Source: the human T2T-CHM13v2.0 reference genome, Homo sapiens. Taken from it: a DNA stretch of 64,000 bases. The notes beneath the pieces are model-generated. The model was not told where the DNA came from. It worked only from the letters and a program-made list of their open reading frames with translations, and ran no database searches. The stretch lies in NCBI RefSeq assembly GCF_009914755.1, contig NC_060941.1, one strand, 5' to 3'. The translations under genes were made by a program, and so were the position numbers. Positions 28,740 through 41,960 of the stretch are shown here, in pieces (positions within the stretch are counted from its first letter, which is position 1; each line of letters begins with the position of its first letter).

Positions 28740-31700
28740 CGAGTCCACATATATTTTAACCTCAGGCCACCTCTCTGTATATACAAGTCAATGACTAGTT
28801 TGAGAAAACTGCTCAAACTCTATCCATTGAGAGGATTTCCCCTCACTTCTCCCTTTCAAGGCCATCCCTGAGTTGATCTGTAGAGCAATTGTCATCGTTT
28901 TTTGTTTGTGTCCACATGCTGAGCTGAACCATCTTTGAACCATGCTCAGCCTTTTTCTTCCTCCATCACCTTGTCATAAGTGACTCCCAGGCAGCCATGG
29001 GTGTGAAGTGAGTGAGTGGCATGCAGTATGGATGACATGGGGGTCTGAGCCATCTGCTCATATGGTTTACTGTGCAATGCCCTTTGGCACTGCTGTGCCC
29101 AATCCCAATGCACTGCCTCAATCTTACCTCTGGGCCCACCTGGCATTATGATTTGGTAGGTTTGACTGAACCCAGATCATGGCGAGCAAATTCTGCAAAA
29201 TTCTGGCTACGAAAATCATTTGATTTCCCATGGCCAGGCTCTCTGTCTCTGCAAGAGTTCAGTAGCACACCGGAAACTTTTTTTTCAAAAGGTACAAGTT
29301 CTCCTCTTCAGACAGCCTGACTTTTCTCCAAAACCCCAGGTTCTTCTACTAAAGCGTAGATTTCACAGGGCCCAGTGGGTTTCTTTTCCCATCCACGTTA
29401 ACTCTAATACCATAAGGTCTGCCTGGTTTATGATCCAAGCCACAGGATCTCTTGTGCCACAGCCTGGACCCATTGCAGAGCCCATTCCTACTCAGCATCC
29501 CAGTCACTACTGGTAACCTTCTGTGTATGTGAGTCAGAGTAGCCCTGCCTCCTAAGTAGAGAAAATCTACCTACTGGGCACTGTGCTTCTTTTTAAATGG
29601 GTGGAGGCATGAGATGCAATTATTAGTCTTTTACTTTTGAGGAAGTGTCCCTGTATGCCCCTAGACTCATTGTATGGGGTATTCTGGAGCTGAAATGACC
29701 CTTCAGAATTGAACAGGCCCAATTTAGGAGACATGGAACTGGAGTTTCTATACCTACATCAACCAATTATTGCATGTGGACTACACCCAGAAATGGGACG
29801 TGACCTTGAGGAAGGCAGCTCTCTGCAGCCCAGAGCAACTCACAGAGAGGCACTCAGCAGACACTTATTGATCATTGATGCTGCAGAAGCCAAGAAAATG
29901 ACTACCTTGGTCCAGGCAGGTAGGGGGGGCTCTAGGTAAAGCAACATAGCAACTACTATGTGATGCAGGGCCTGGGCCTCATGCATGATCTACGGCTCCT
30001 GGCTTTGCTGTGTAGCTACCTTGTAAGATAACTTTGGGAAACTTCTGTTTTCTCACTGGGCATTAGTTTACTCAACCATAAAACAGGTTCTGAAACTAGA
30101 TATATGGCTTCTAATTGGCTGTGTATTAAAATCACCAGGGACTTGTCTAAAACTACAGATTCTAAATTATCTTCCCCAAAGATTCTAGTTCAATGTATTA
30201 GAGTAGGGATGGGGCTAGCGGATCCTGTTGTACCTCCTGGATTTGCTCCAGCTCTGGTGTGCCCCCAAATCACTTAATTTCCCTGGTAAATAGGGATAAA
30301 GACATCTGCCACTGGAGGATTATGTGAAATAATAGGCAAATAGCACTGTAAACAAAGGCATGTGGGTGCATGCTCAGCATAGTTAAAGAGTGTGTTCACG
30401 GGCCTTGTGAGTAAGATACTTGGCTTCTCTAAGCCTCAGTTCTCTTCTTCATGATAAGCACCATAAAAGCACTTACTTCAGAGTCAATCAGAAGGATTAA
30501 ATTAGATAACACACATAAATTTGGTAGTTCCTGGCCTGGAGAACAATTCAATACAAGTAGCCATCATTATTTATTGAGTGTCTATTGCATGTCAGCTGCA
30601 TCACTACATGCTATGCAAATAAGCTTATGGAATGTTTCTTCCAGGAACTTCCAAGCAACCCTGGGAAAGGCTAGTAGCAAATACCAGCTGGTTCTGTTTT
30701 GCGGAAGGGATAAATGAGGCCCAGGATGAGAGAGTACACTGTAGTAAAAGACTCGTGGGATATATCCAGGACCTGAGCACTGAGACACCTGGGCCTATTA
30801 ACAGGGATATTAATCCTGAATGACTTTAAGGATTTTGTTTCTGTTCTCAGGTCTCAGTTTTTCTGAGAAAGGACAGGGTGGAAAACAACAGTTCTCAGGT
30901 CCTATTTAATTCTTCCTCTAATCTCAGAGGGAATCTGAGACAAAGAACAAAGCTGGGAGTCCATGTTTTCAGGTTTACTTCCATCAAATGGTTCTGCATT
31001 CCAGGAAGCCAGGAGATCTGTTTTCACCATAAGTGACTCATTTCCAGCCCCCATCAGGAGTTATTTCTGACCACAGGTTTCTCATTCCCCAGCAGCAGAA
31101 AATGTGAATTGAATCACTTTAGATGGCTACTGTCAAGGAGTCACCAAAAATGAGAAACAGAAAGAAGCTGGACAGCCACCCACTCTCTGCAGAAGACAGC
31201 TGAGCTGGGCAGAACAGCTGAATCCAGATGGTCTGAAATGCTGGCTTAACATTCTCACATTCAACTTCTGCAGGTAGCATCAAGTTGAAGTCTGGGAAGG
31301 TAATCTGCAAAATGAAAATAGCAGACAAACTGCCTGTTGTCACTGAAGTCCTGCCTATTTATGACACTGATATCACTCAGAAGCTGCTGTTCCTGGACCA
31401 CATTAGCCACATGCCTCTGAAGCCTGGAGTACTCCCGACGCTTGATCCTTGGCAAGATATCTGGGACCTCTTCCCTTTCTCTGGCATTCTTCATCATTTC
31501 TTTTCCACAACACAAGGCATTCCTTGGAAAACACAGCCCGCTGCAACATGTTTCAATTTGGAAACATGAGCTTCTGTTTGGGAGAAATCATGAGAATGTT
31601 ATTGTCTTACACTTTGAGTCCCTTCCTAGCATTTCCTAGCCATACTTCTTCTGAAGTTCCTAAAAGTAACAACTGTTAAGCTTACTGAGAACTTAACTAT

Positions 31701-32419
31701 GTGCTTGTCACTGTTTAAAGCACTTTTCATGTGTCTATTAATTTAACCGTTATAACACTATAATCCCACTGTTTCCAGAAGTATAAACTGAGATACAGCT
31801 TCTTATTTTTCATCCTTTCCCACATCCAGTGATTGATAAGCATAGGGAATCAGTCTAATAGATACAAGTGGGCATTTTGCCTGGCCTAGGGACAAGTACA
31901 ACCTAAGGCTTTACCTAGAGGAAGTTCAGTTGAAGGTTATAAGCTGTTGACTTAACCTTGATCCAACATCCAAAAGAGAATGCTGGTCCCCTCTGGGCAA
32001 GGCTCCTGTGCCTTCTTCTATGCCCATATGTCATTCGCAGGTTTTCAATGAAGACTGCTGGTCTGTAGAGGGCCTGAGGAAAACCTCCTCTTTTGATTAG
32101 AAAAGAAAATATAGGCCTGGCCTGGCAGGTTTACTGTCAAATAAATGAAATGTACAACTCAGGCAGTAGAAAGGGTGTTGTCTAATGAAATCTGAGCAGT
32201 CTAGTAGGGCTACATGGAGGAGGGAGGAGGGAAGTCAAGTTAGCAATAATTTCTAGAATTTGGAATAGTGGAGGAAAAAAAAGACAAGAATTCAAGGAGT
32301 TAATGGTGAGTATCTTCATGAGCAAGATGGAGGCAGGGATGAGTGTGCAGTGCAGGGGTAACTAGACAAATATCCATGACACGCTTCCAAGCTGGCATTT
32401 GATGCAGCTATGCTACTGA

Positions 32420-32853
<434 letters not shown>

Positions 32854-33537
32854 GAGAGAGCTTTAATGGATCAGTCCATCCCACACTTTGTTGTTCCCTG
32901 GAGCTGGGTGTGAGGGACAGGGGCCTCCAGCTCCTGCATCACACAGACCACTCCACTGGCCCTGGTGATATATTGGAATTCCCCTTTGATTTTACTTGGG
33001 GAAAGACTTTGACAGCTAAAGCAAGGTTTGAAAACCACAGCACTCCAAGATCTTCATGTGCTACCCAGCATCACATATCCTCTGATACCAAGATAAAGCT
33101 ATAAGATAGCTTTATATCTGTAGGATTCCTGGAGTCCCTCATTCAGCCAAAGTTCTAATTAATACCACCCTGGGTTGTGAAGAGTGGTATTACTTAGAAC
33201 CCTGCTAGCAAGGTTTAAAAATATACAGGTTTTCCTAATCTCTGGTTGGAATCCCAGCCACGGTTTAAGTCCATGATGAGGATGCTGACAGAGTTGAGGA
33301 TAGTGCAAATTTTGTATCTACTCACCTCTCTGATGACCACAATTTACTTTCTTCCTCTCTTTTCTACAGAAAACATTTAAGTGCAAAGGAAGTGCAGCCC
33401 ATGAGATGATCCAACTTGGAGCATTTCCTCTTTTTAGGCTGGGCATAACTGCACCTCCCTTTCCTATCCCATCCCCATTAGTCTCAGCAATGGATGGAAA
33501 ATGTGCCCAGTCCCAGCCCACTGCTTCCCTTTTCCAC

Positions 33538-33830
33538 TTCTTGGAAACCTCCCCAGGACCCAATGCCCACTCTGCAGATTTTGGATCTCATCTCATAATT
33601 CTTTGACAATAATTCTGCCAAGGAATTCTCTCTCTTCTCCCTAATTCTTTACATCCTATAAAATAACATCATGATTTAGTTTAAAAAATTAAGTAAAGCA
33701 GCCAAAGGAGCAGAGAGGCCTAGAAAATCCCAGAAACCTCCAACTCTTGCCCTCTAACATGAAGGTCTCCCCAGCTCTTCTGTGCTGACTGCCACCATGA
33801 GTTCCCAGGTGTTTGCTGAGCCAGGTAAGG
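33538..33830 (+). pseudogene. Relic MCP-family chemokine promoter and exon 1
   Basis: GAS TTCTTGGAA at 33538, TATAAAA at 33657, and 5'UTR ggagcagagagg...cccagaaacctccaactct. ATG at 33759 reads MKVSPALLC*, then ...TMSSQVFAEP G|gtaagg with the donor at 33824/33825. 66 nt versus 76 nt in the paralogs. Confidence 0.85.
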
Positions 33831-34118
33831 CCTCTCTCTCCTTTCAGGAAAGTTAACCTTCAGGACAATCTGATCAATAAGGGCCCTCAGAATGTCACTG
33901 CAATAAGGGTCTTCAGAATTTAGGGGAAATTTTTTTTCCCTAAAAAATGGGAATATGTTTCAAGAGAAACCAGATTGGTACAAGCTGGAACTGGAATTCT
34001 AGGCCACCGAAGCCAGTCTCTGGGCTCTTCCCAGGACACCAGTTTGGGGAACAGGTCTACTCTATTGTATAGCTCTGAGATTTTCAAGAGAACATTTTGT
34101 TTATAAAATTAGGCAGTT

Positions 34119-34920
34119 GGTCCGGCATAGTGGCTCACACCTGTAATCCACCATTTTAGGAGCCCAAGGCGGGTGGATTACTTGAGCCCAGGAGTTTGAG
34201 ACCAGCCTGGGCAACATGGCACAGCCCTCTCTCTATAAAAAACACAAAAAGTAGCCAGGCATGGTGACACACACCTGTATTCCCAGCTACTCAGGAAGCT
34301 GAGGTGGGAGGATTGCTTGAGCCAGGAGATTGAGGCTGCAGTGTGCTGTGAACAAGCCACTGCATTCCAGCCTGGGGAAAAAAGTGAGACCTTCTACCAA
34401 GACCAGTTCAGTCATGGAGGCCCCAACCCAGCGGTGCTAGAGGAATTGAAGATAAAGACACAGAAATAGAGTGCAAAGTGGGATCAGGGGGCTAACAGTC
34501 TTCAGAGCTGAGAGCCACGAACAGAGTTTGATCTACATATTTATTGACAGTAAGCCAGTGATACACTTTGTTTGTATAGGTTATAGATTAGCTAAAAGCA
34601 TTCCTTAGGGGAAACAAAGAATTCTTAGCAAGGAGTAGAGAAATAGGCTCTGGCTGATTATCCGCAGCAAAAACATGTTAAGGCGCAGGCCGCTCATGCT
34701 ATTGCTTGTGGTTTGAGCAGTTTTCCGCTCCAGGTGGGCCAGGCATTCCTTGCCCTGCTCCAGTAAACCAACAACTTCTAGCAGTGTGCATCATAGCCAT
34801 CATGAGCATGTCACATTTTTGCAGAAATCCTGTTTATGGCCAGTTTCTTTAAGACCTGTTTATGACAGGCTTAGGTCTGGTTGCCAGCAACCTTCTCTAA
34901 TAAAGTATAAATAACAAAAT
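34119..34920 (+). mobile_element. AluJ-like element interrupted near its 3' end by a solo LTR
   Basis: Alu body 34119-34394, tail resumes at ~34896. TSD aaaatt(a/g)gg(c/t)agtt at 34105 and 34921. Confidence 0.9.
34395..34889 (-). mobile_element. MER9 (HERV-K HML-3 type) solo LTR
   Basis: The reverse complement reads TGCTGGCAAC...AAACTGGCCATAAACAG...GTGACATGCTCATGATGGC...GGGCAAGGAA, like MER9. A 6-bp TSD ACCTTC lies at 34389-34394 and 34890-34895. Confidence 0.85.
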
Positions 34921-37900
34921 AAAATTGGGTAGTTATATTTTCTTTCTGAAAAAGATGAAGCTGGAAGAATGAAGCTGGGGGTGAGGGCATGGCTTTAGGA
35001 AGTGGAGGTCATGATCCCATCGAATGGCTTTTGACTTGGCTGGTCTCCATGCAGGTTGAAGACAGACAAGACTGCCCTGGCACTGTGATTCTAGTCCCTA
35101 ATTCCAACCTCCTGGGACCAAGGACTGTGGTCACTTGTTCAGCGTCAGCCCACAGCCATTTCCTTCCTCTCCTGCCCACCACACCTTCTTTCCTACCAGG
35201 GGAGCTTTCCCACCCAATCTATAGCAATAGCCTCTGAAATGTTCTCCCTGGCTGCAGTCAGTCCCATTCAACCTATCATGAACTCCAGAGGAACACCAAT
35301 GGTGAATTGAAACATCAGAGGAAGAGCAGGTGGCAATAGATTCAGTGGTCAGGTTACACTTCTCAGTGAAGAAGAGGCATAAGCAGGACCTCTCTTAAAT
35401 GATGGGGTGAGATCAAAGGAGAGGTTCGACTGAACTAATTTAGGGTGGACAGAAGAGTAGGCAAGAAGCAGAACTCTTGTCTGGCTGGAATTTGGTCCAG
35501 AAATAGGAAAAACATTTTAAAAACTTAGAATGCAAGCTTGGAGCTACATTTTGGAGGGTCTTGAATGTCAACATGGACAGTCGGGTTCAGTTCTGAATGT
35601 CATAGGAAGACAATGAAGGTGTGTGAATTAGTGGGGAAGAGACGCAAACTAATCAGAAGTATGCATGATGAAGACAGAGCTTCTGGCTGCCTGAGGATGG
35701 AATGTGGAAAGGAGGACCTGAGAGCAGGTATCCGCAATAATCCAGGCAAGAAGGGATGGTAGAGGTGGAGGAGAGGCAGCAGCTCATAGGAAGAATGGGG
35801 TCAGCTGGAGCTTACTGAAGATATTTCGTCAAGAGGACACAGTGGGAGGCCTAGGGACCCAGCTCCTAGAACTCACTACCAAAATATCACAAGGCAGTAT
35901 TGAGAGACATGCCTACCCTGAGCCCCAAGTTCACGTCCCTCTCTCACTAGCCCTGTAAGCCCCAACCGCAGAGCTTTTAAAACATGGATTCAAAAAGACA
36001 GGGCCTCCTCTTCCTGGATGACCCCTAAGATTCAACTGCAGTCTATGAGTTTGGCCAGCTCCTTTTTCCAAACGGGGATCCATTTGTATGAAAATTAGCT
36101 ATAATTTTACCTCCTCACCAACAGTAAAGACCAATAGCAGGGCCAATACCTGCCAGTCTTGGGGAGAGAATGATAGATTCTGTAGAAAGCAGAGCACTCA
36201 GAAGCATGGAGCACTAGAAAATCTCACCCTGTGAAGCAGGAGACATTGATGCTGATTGCAGGAGTGGCACTGACTCCCTGAGCATTGTGGAATATCAAAT
36301 TCTCCTTCTGGGCCTCAGTTTTCCTCTCCATTAAATGGGGATAATGCTGTGTTACAGGCAGCAAGTGAAGGAATCTGGCAGATGATCTCACATGTTTTCC
36401 TAGCCCCAGGAACTATGTCTTGGCAAACATCACCACATGCACTGGCTAGAGAAGAGTTGGAAAGGAAAGTATTTCAAATCTGTCTTCATGTACCAGCCAG
36501 GACCTGGATTACTGTGAACCCACTCCTTTCTCAGGCATTGCCTGCTTAGACACAGATTTTTCATTAAGGCCCCCCATCCCCACCCCCAAATTCAACAAAA
36601 GTCCTGGGAGCAATTAGCAACCAGACAACTTCATTCGTCCTCATGCCAGATCAAGTAGTTCTGTATACTTCCCCTGCCACCAAGATCTCATCTCCAAATA
36701 CCAATCAGGAGTGAACTCTAAAACTCTAACCAAGTGTAGAAGCACACAGTGAGTTGGAATAAAAAAAAAAACTAAAATATCACCATATGCATTGATACTC
36801 AGAAGACCCTCTGGCACTCAGCAAGGCTTGGGCAGGAGGCGGTGGAAAATGGTAAATGCTGTATGTCTCTATGTTGAAGAAGTTCTCAGGCTGTTTTTCC
36901 TCCAATTCCCATAGCATGAACCTGTAAACTCAAAGAATTGGAGATGTTGGGGCCTCTAATAGAGCAGTTTCCAGTAGGGACCAGCAACCAGACAGGAATG
37001 CATTGCACATCTTTGAGCATTGCATCCTCAGCTCTTTCTTTAGGCTGTGTGTCAGGTAAATCTGTGCAAATCATTTTTTCTTCCATGAAACCCAGCTTAC
37101 CTTTTGCACTAGACTGATGGTTTCCAAACTGAGTATGAATCAGAATCACCAGGACTACCCCTGAAAATGCAGATTTCCTGGCCTTATCCCAAGATTCTGA
37201 GTCAGGACATTGGGTTGTGGAACAGTGCCCCCATCAGGATTTCAACCAGTTTTCCTGGGGATACAGAGGTATAGCTCAGTATAGCACTGGAACACCAATG
37301 CTCTCTGAGGTTCCTTTGTTCTCTCACATTTGAGTTCGGACCCCACGGCTTTGAACTTGCATGGCAGTCTTTGGAATGACCTGCCCAAGTCCTGTGTGGC
37401 CTCTCACTTCTTCTCCAGTCCTGGATTGCCATAAACCAGCTGTGCGACCTGCTGTGACTTCATCTCTCCCTCTTAGTGTCTCTTTCCATTATTTCTATGA
37501 CTTTTGTGATCTCTGAATAAATCTGAGATGAAGATGAAGAATGTAGCCATTCTCCAGAACTTGCGATTTGCAGAACATTCTTCTACCTGACCCTGCTATG
37601 TTCCTTGGGAATCACTTAAGACAGAGAACAGCTTCCATTGCAGGAGATTTGTTTCTTTTCCAATGCTAATTGATCCCTGTCTTCTACTAGCTTATGGTCT
37701 AGACCATGGTCTCACCATTCACCACCTCCTAAATTATGAGCACGTTTTTGCATCCGCTTTAGATAATGGCTAACTAGGAAGGAGTTAGAGAAAAGGAGGA
37801 GAGAGAGAAAGGGCAGAATGGCCACCTCCCCAGGGAATGCATTCTGGCTGCTGGAACAAACAACTGCAGGAATTGGGCAGTCTTAAGTTTCATTTTAGTT

Positions 37901-39739
37901 TTTCACGCTAAGGTTTTTGAAATCCACATTAAAACCAAAACCAAAGGAAGGGAAATTGCAAAACACAGGGACTTTCCAACTGCAGGCTCTGAACCATCTG
38001 CAGAACATGAGCATGGTGTCTCTGGGTATGTGTCATACCTGGGATCTTTCTCCTATTCTTTCTGGGGTCCAGAGCATCCTGCACCTCTGGCTGATGTGAA
38101 GATCCTGGGGTCTCTTGCTTCCCTGTTTCCAGGAGACTCTTTTTATTTCCTTATTTACAGCACAGGCATTCCTGAAGGTCCATCTCTATCACATGTCTTC
38201 ATCTGAATGCATGAAGACAATTAAGGGAGTCCTTCTTCAATAGTCCACATCCTGGGTCTCTGTTTAGCATCCTCTGATCACTATATTCTCACTATCAATA
38301 TCTATAACAATGAGTTTATTAAATACTTACCATATGCTAACACCTCACTTTTCAATGCCCTTTTCCTGTGTCAACTAGTTTAATTCACACCTATTTTGCT
38401 GATAGGAAAACAGTGGCACAGAGACCTGAAATAAGCTTTCAAAACATCTAAGCATCCAAATCCTGGCAATCTGGCTACAGAGTCCATTGTTTTAACCACT
38501 ATCCTGCCTGTCCTACAGCTAAACAGCAAAGAACACTTCTCTGCTGATTCCTAATGCCCTAAGTGTCCAAGTCTCAGATTGGACTCATTTCAAGATGATA
38601 ATCAATCATAGGAAAATAAAATTGAGAGGAACACAGATAATCTCCTAGCCCACGAATGGCCAACATGTCCCAGAGCTGGGCTCCTCCCTGATCCTGTACT
38701 GATGGAGAATATCAGTAAAGAATCACATCACTATTTCTCATGGCCGACATAAGGCCTCATTATCTTTTCCAATAAACCTCTCGAGTTGACACTTGCATTG
38801 AAAACCTATTTGACATCCTTGATCTTGTATATCCCCACATTTGATACACGAAGCAGGTGGACCTAAAAATATCTAAATAGGTTCCATGGCTACTAAGCAG
38901 GCAAGCTGGGATTAGGCACTTGGCGTACACGCCCTGCATTCTACTAACCCACTTTGCTTTCTCATAATTGACTTTTACCACTATTTTCATTTCTTAGCTC
39001 TGAATGCACCTTTGTGTCAAGCCACATCACTGGAGAATGAAAATTTTCTGAGTTTATTTTTGTGTGACACTTGCCATGCATGTGGACTGGGGATTTATAT
39101 AAACTCAATTTATAAAGAAAACTTGACTCTGTATCAGTGTTATATGAGGCAATTGGCAGGGACAGTCCCATATGCTTTTGTGTAAGAGTGTAAGTTCCCT
39201 CTTGTGAGAGGAAATCCTGAGGTTAGGGATATGTTTCAAGTTCTGGAACTTCAGTATTGTTAAAAGATGATCCAGAGTTTTTTAAAAAAGAAATTAGATA
39301 AACAAGAGGTAGAAGATTTAAGGTCTCTTATAAATAAATTTAAAAAAATAATTGAACTCCTGAGCTAAGAAGACTACCAGATAATTCACCAGATAAAAAC
39401 ATAAACCATTGAACATGTACACAAAAATACCAACCAGTAGACACAAATTTAAACAAGCTCATACTGGAATAGTTTCTTTCTGCTAACTTTTAAATTGAGG
39501 CATTGGTTTCCTACAATAAAGTTCAAAGAAGTTAAATCACTTTTACATACATATGCCCCAGGAATCACCATCCAAATCAATATTTGCAGAACATTTCTAA
39601 ACCCCAAAGTCTCCCTCACATTCCCTGCCAGTCAATACCCCACAACATCTAGTCTCAATGCTACCACTATAGGTTAGTTTTGCCTATATACAAAATAATA
39701 CTTTTTATTAACAAAGTAGCATATACTTTCAGTTAATAA

Positions 39740-40800
39740 TGTATTACTTTTCTATTTCTGCATTAATAAATTACCACAAAATTAGTGGTTTAAACAATAT
39801 AAATGTATTATGTTATAATTCTGGAGTTCAGAAGCTGAACATAGGCCTCAGCAGGCTAAAACCAAGGTATTATCAGGAATGTGTTTCTGTCTAGAAGTTC
39901 TAGGGAAGGATCCATTTTTTCGATTGCTCTGGGCATTGGCAGAATTCAGTTCCTTTGGGTTATTGGTTTATTGAGCCTAAATGTTCATTTTCCTGATGGC
40001 TGTCAGACAAGAGATTTTCCCAGCTTCTAGACGCCTCTGTATTCTGTGGCCCAGAGCCCCCTTCTCCATTTTCAAAGTCAGCAACAGTGGGTCAAGTCCC
40101 TTTCATACTATGCATTTCTTCTTCTTCCATCTCCTCTCTCTGTTGAGACTCAGAAAAGAGTCTCCACTTTCAAGGACTCAAGGTATTAGATTGAGCATAC
40201 CTGGATAATCTCTCCATCTCAAGGTCTGTACCCTGGATCCCATCCACAAAGATCCTTAGTGTGAAAAGTGAAAATGAAACTTAGGACTGCCCAAATCCTG
40301 TAGCTGTTTGGTCCAGCAACCTGAACTCATTCCCCAGAGAGATGGCCATTCTGCCTTTTCGCTCACTCCTTTTCTCTAACTCCTTCCCAGTTAGCCATTA
40401 TCTAAAGGAGATATGATAAAAAACTCACCCCCTCATCCCTGGTAACAGAGTCACAGGTTCCAGGGATCAGGGAGTGAACTTTTAGGGGTTACTTATTTAT
40501 TGAGACAGAGTCTCACTCTGTCGTCCAGGCAGGAGTGCAGTGGTGCGCCCTCAGCAACCTCCATCTCCTGGGTTCAAGCAATTCCCCTGCCTCAGCCTCC
40601 CAAGTAGCTGGGATTATAGGCATGTGCCACCATGGCCGGCTAGTTTTTGTATTTTTAGTAGAGGCAGGGTTTCACCATGTTGCCAGGCTGGTCTCGAACT
40701 CCTGACCTCAAGTGATCCACCCGCCTCGACCTCCCAAAGTGCTGGGATTACAGATGTGAGCCACCGTGCCTAGCCAAAGGGGTCCTTTATTCGCCTACTA
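39740..40800 (-). mobile_element. MLT1-type LTR remnant hosting an Alu
   Basis: MLT1-like motifs (taataaattaccacaaaattagtggtttaaacaa...ttctggagttcagaag...ggttccagggatcagg). Boundaries approximate. Confidence 0.5.
40493..40775 (-). mobile_element. Alu (AluS-like)
   Basis: tgagacagagtctcactctgtcg ... gagccaccgtgcctagcc. Confidence 0.93.
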
Positions 40801-41124
40801 CAACTAATAAATGTTGTCCTGAGTAAAAACTTTATGGAAAGCGATATGGCAATATCTACTAAAGCTTCACATTTCAACAGCAGTAAAGACATGGGGGAGA
40901 ATTTTTAAACTTGGGTTTTCAAAATAATGTTAATTAAAATTATTTTTAAATGAAAATATAAATTATATATGCCTAATCATAAAGAAATGCTTTAATTATG
41001 TATGACATTTTTATAATGAAGCAGTATGAAGCCACTAAATTCAACCAATTGAAGAATATTTAATGACTTGAGAGAGTGCATGACTCATTAAGTGAAAAAA
41101 GCTGTAAATATGATCATAAGTACA

Positions 41125-41245
41125 TTATGTCCATATATGTGTGTATTTATATACATGTGTATATGTATATGTTTGTATATTTATATATACATACCTATGT
41201 ACATATATATGCACACATATGTATATACACACAGATATACACACA
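41125..41245. repeat. (TA/CA/TG)n low-complexity tract
   Basis: Alternating purine-pyrimidine run of tatatg/tataca units. Confidence 0.85.
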
Positions 41246-41324
41246 GAGTGAGATGGAGAGAGAAGAAAGGGAGAAAATACATAAATAGAGCAGCCAGATC
41301 CAATCTTAGTGTTTAAAGCACAGA

Positions 41325-41435
41325 TAGAGTGACCAACTGTCCTGATTTGCCCAGAACTGAGAGGTTTCCTGGGACACTGGACTTTCATTGCTACCGAGAA
41401 AGTCCAGGCTGAAGCAGAATGAACTGATTACCCTA
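41325..41435. mobile_element. MER81-like hAT MITE
   Basis: ~110 bp with terminal inverted repeats TAGAGTGACCA...TGATTACCCTA and the internal gtcc/ggac motifs of MER81. Confidence 0.6.
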
Positions 41436-41779
41436 AATGCAGATACATTTTTGTCCTTTCCTTTAGGGAACAATATATTTTATGTTTTCTAAAAGAAAAA
41501 TGCAACCATTTAAAATTTATTACAAGTTCTTCAGGTACCTCATTCTGTGTTGGGGGCAATGCCAGACACATTTCAGAAGCTGTTCTTAGCAACAGCACAC
41601 ATCCTGGAAATGCTTCAGATAAGTGATGGAAGTGTAGTATCCTCCACCAATGAAATAGAAACCTCTTGACTTTTGAAGGTAGATTCTTGAAGAAACAGTA
41701 TTTCTGCAGTTCGCAGCAGCCACATGTCAGTTAAAAAAGACTTTATCTCCTTTAGTTATGTATGATTAGACCAATCTCA

Positions 41780-41960
<181 letters not shown>

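Noticed and set aside
31119-31679. Cluster of overlapping 65-94 aa ORFs in non-repetitive sequence
   Set aside because: No recognisable domain or consistent exon structure, and lengths are compatible with chance.
33093-33115. 10-bp inverted repeat ATAAAGCTAT-aag-ATAGCTTTAT
   Set aside because: Short, AT-rich and without supporting context.
41076-41388. Tyr/Ile/Cys-rich ORFs
   Set aside because: Artefact of the (TA/CA)n low-complexity tract.
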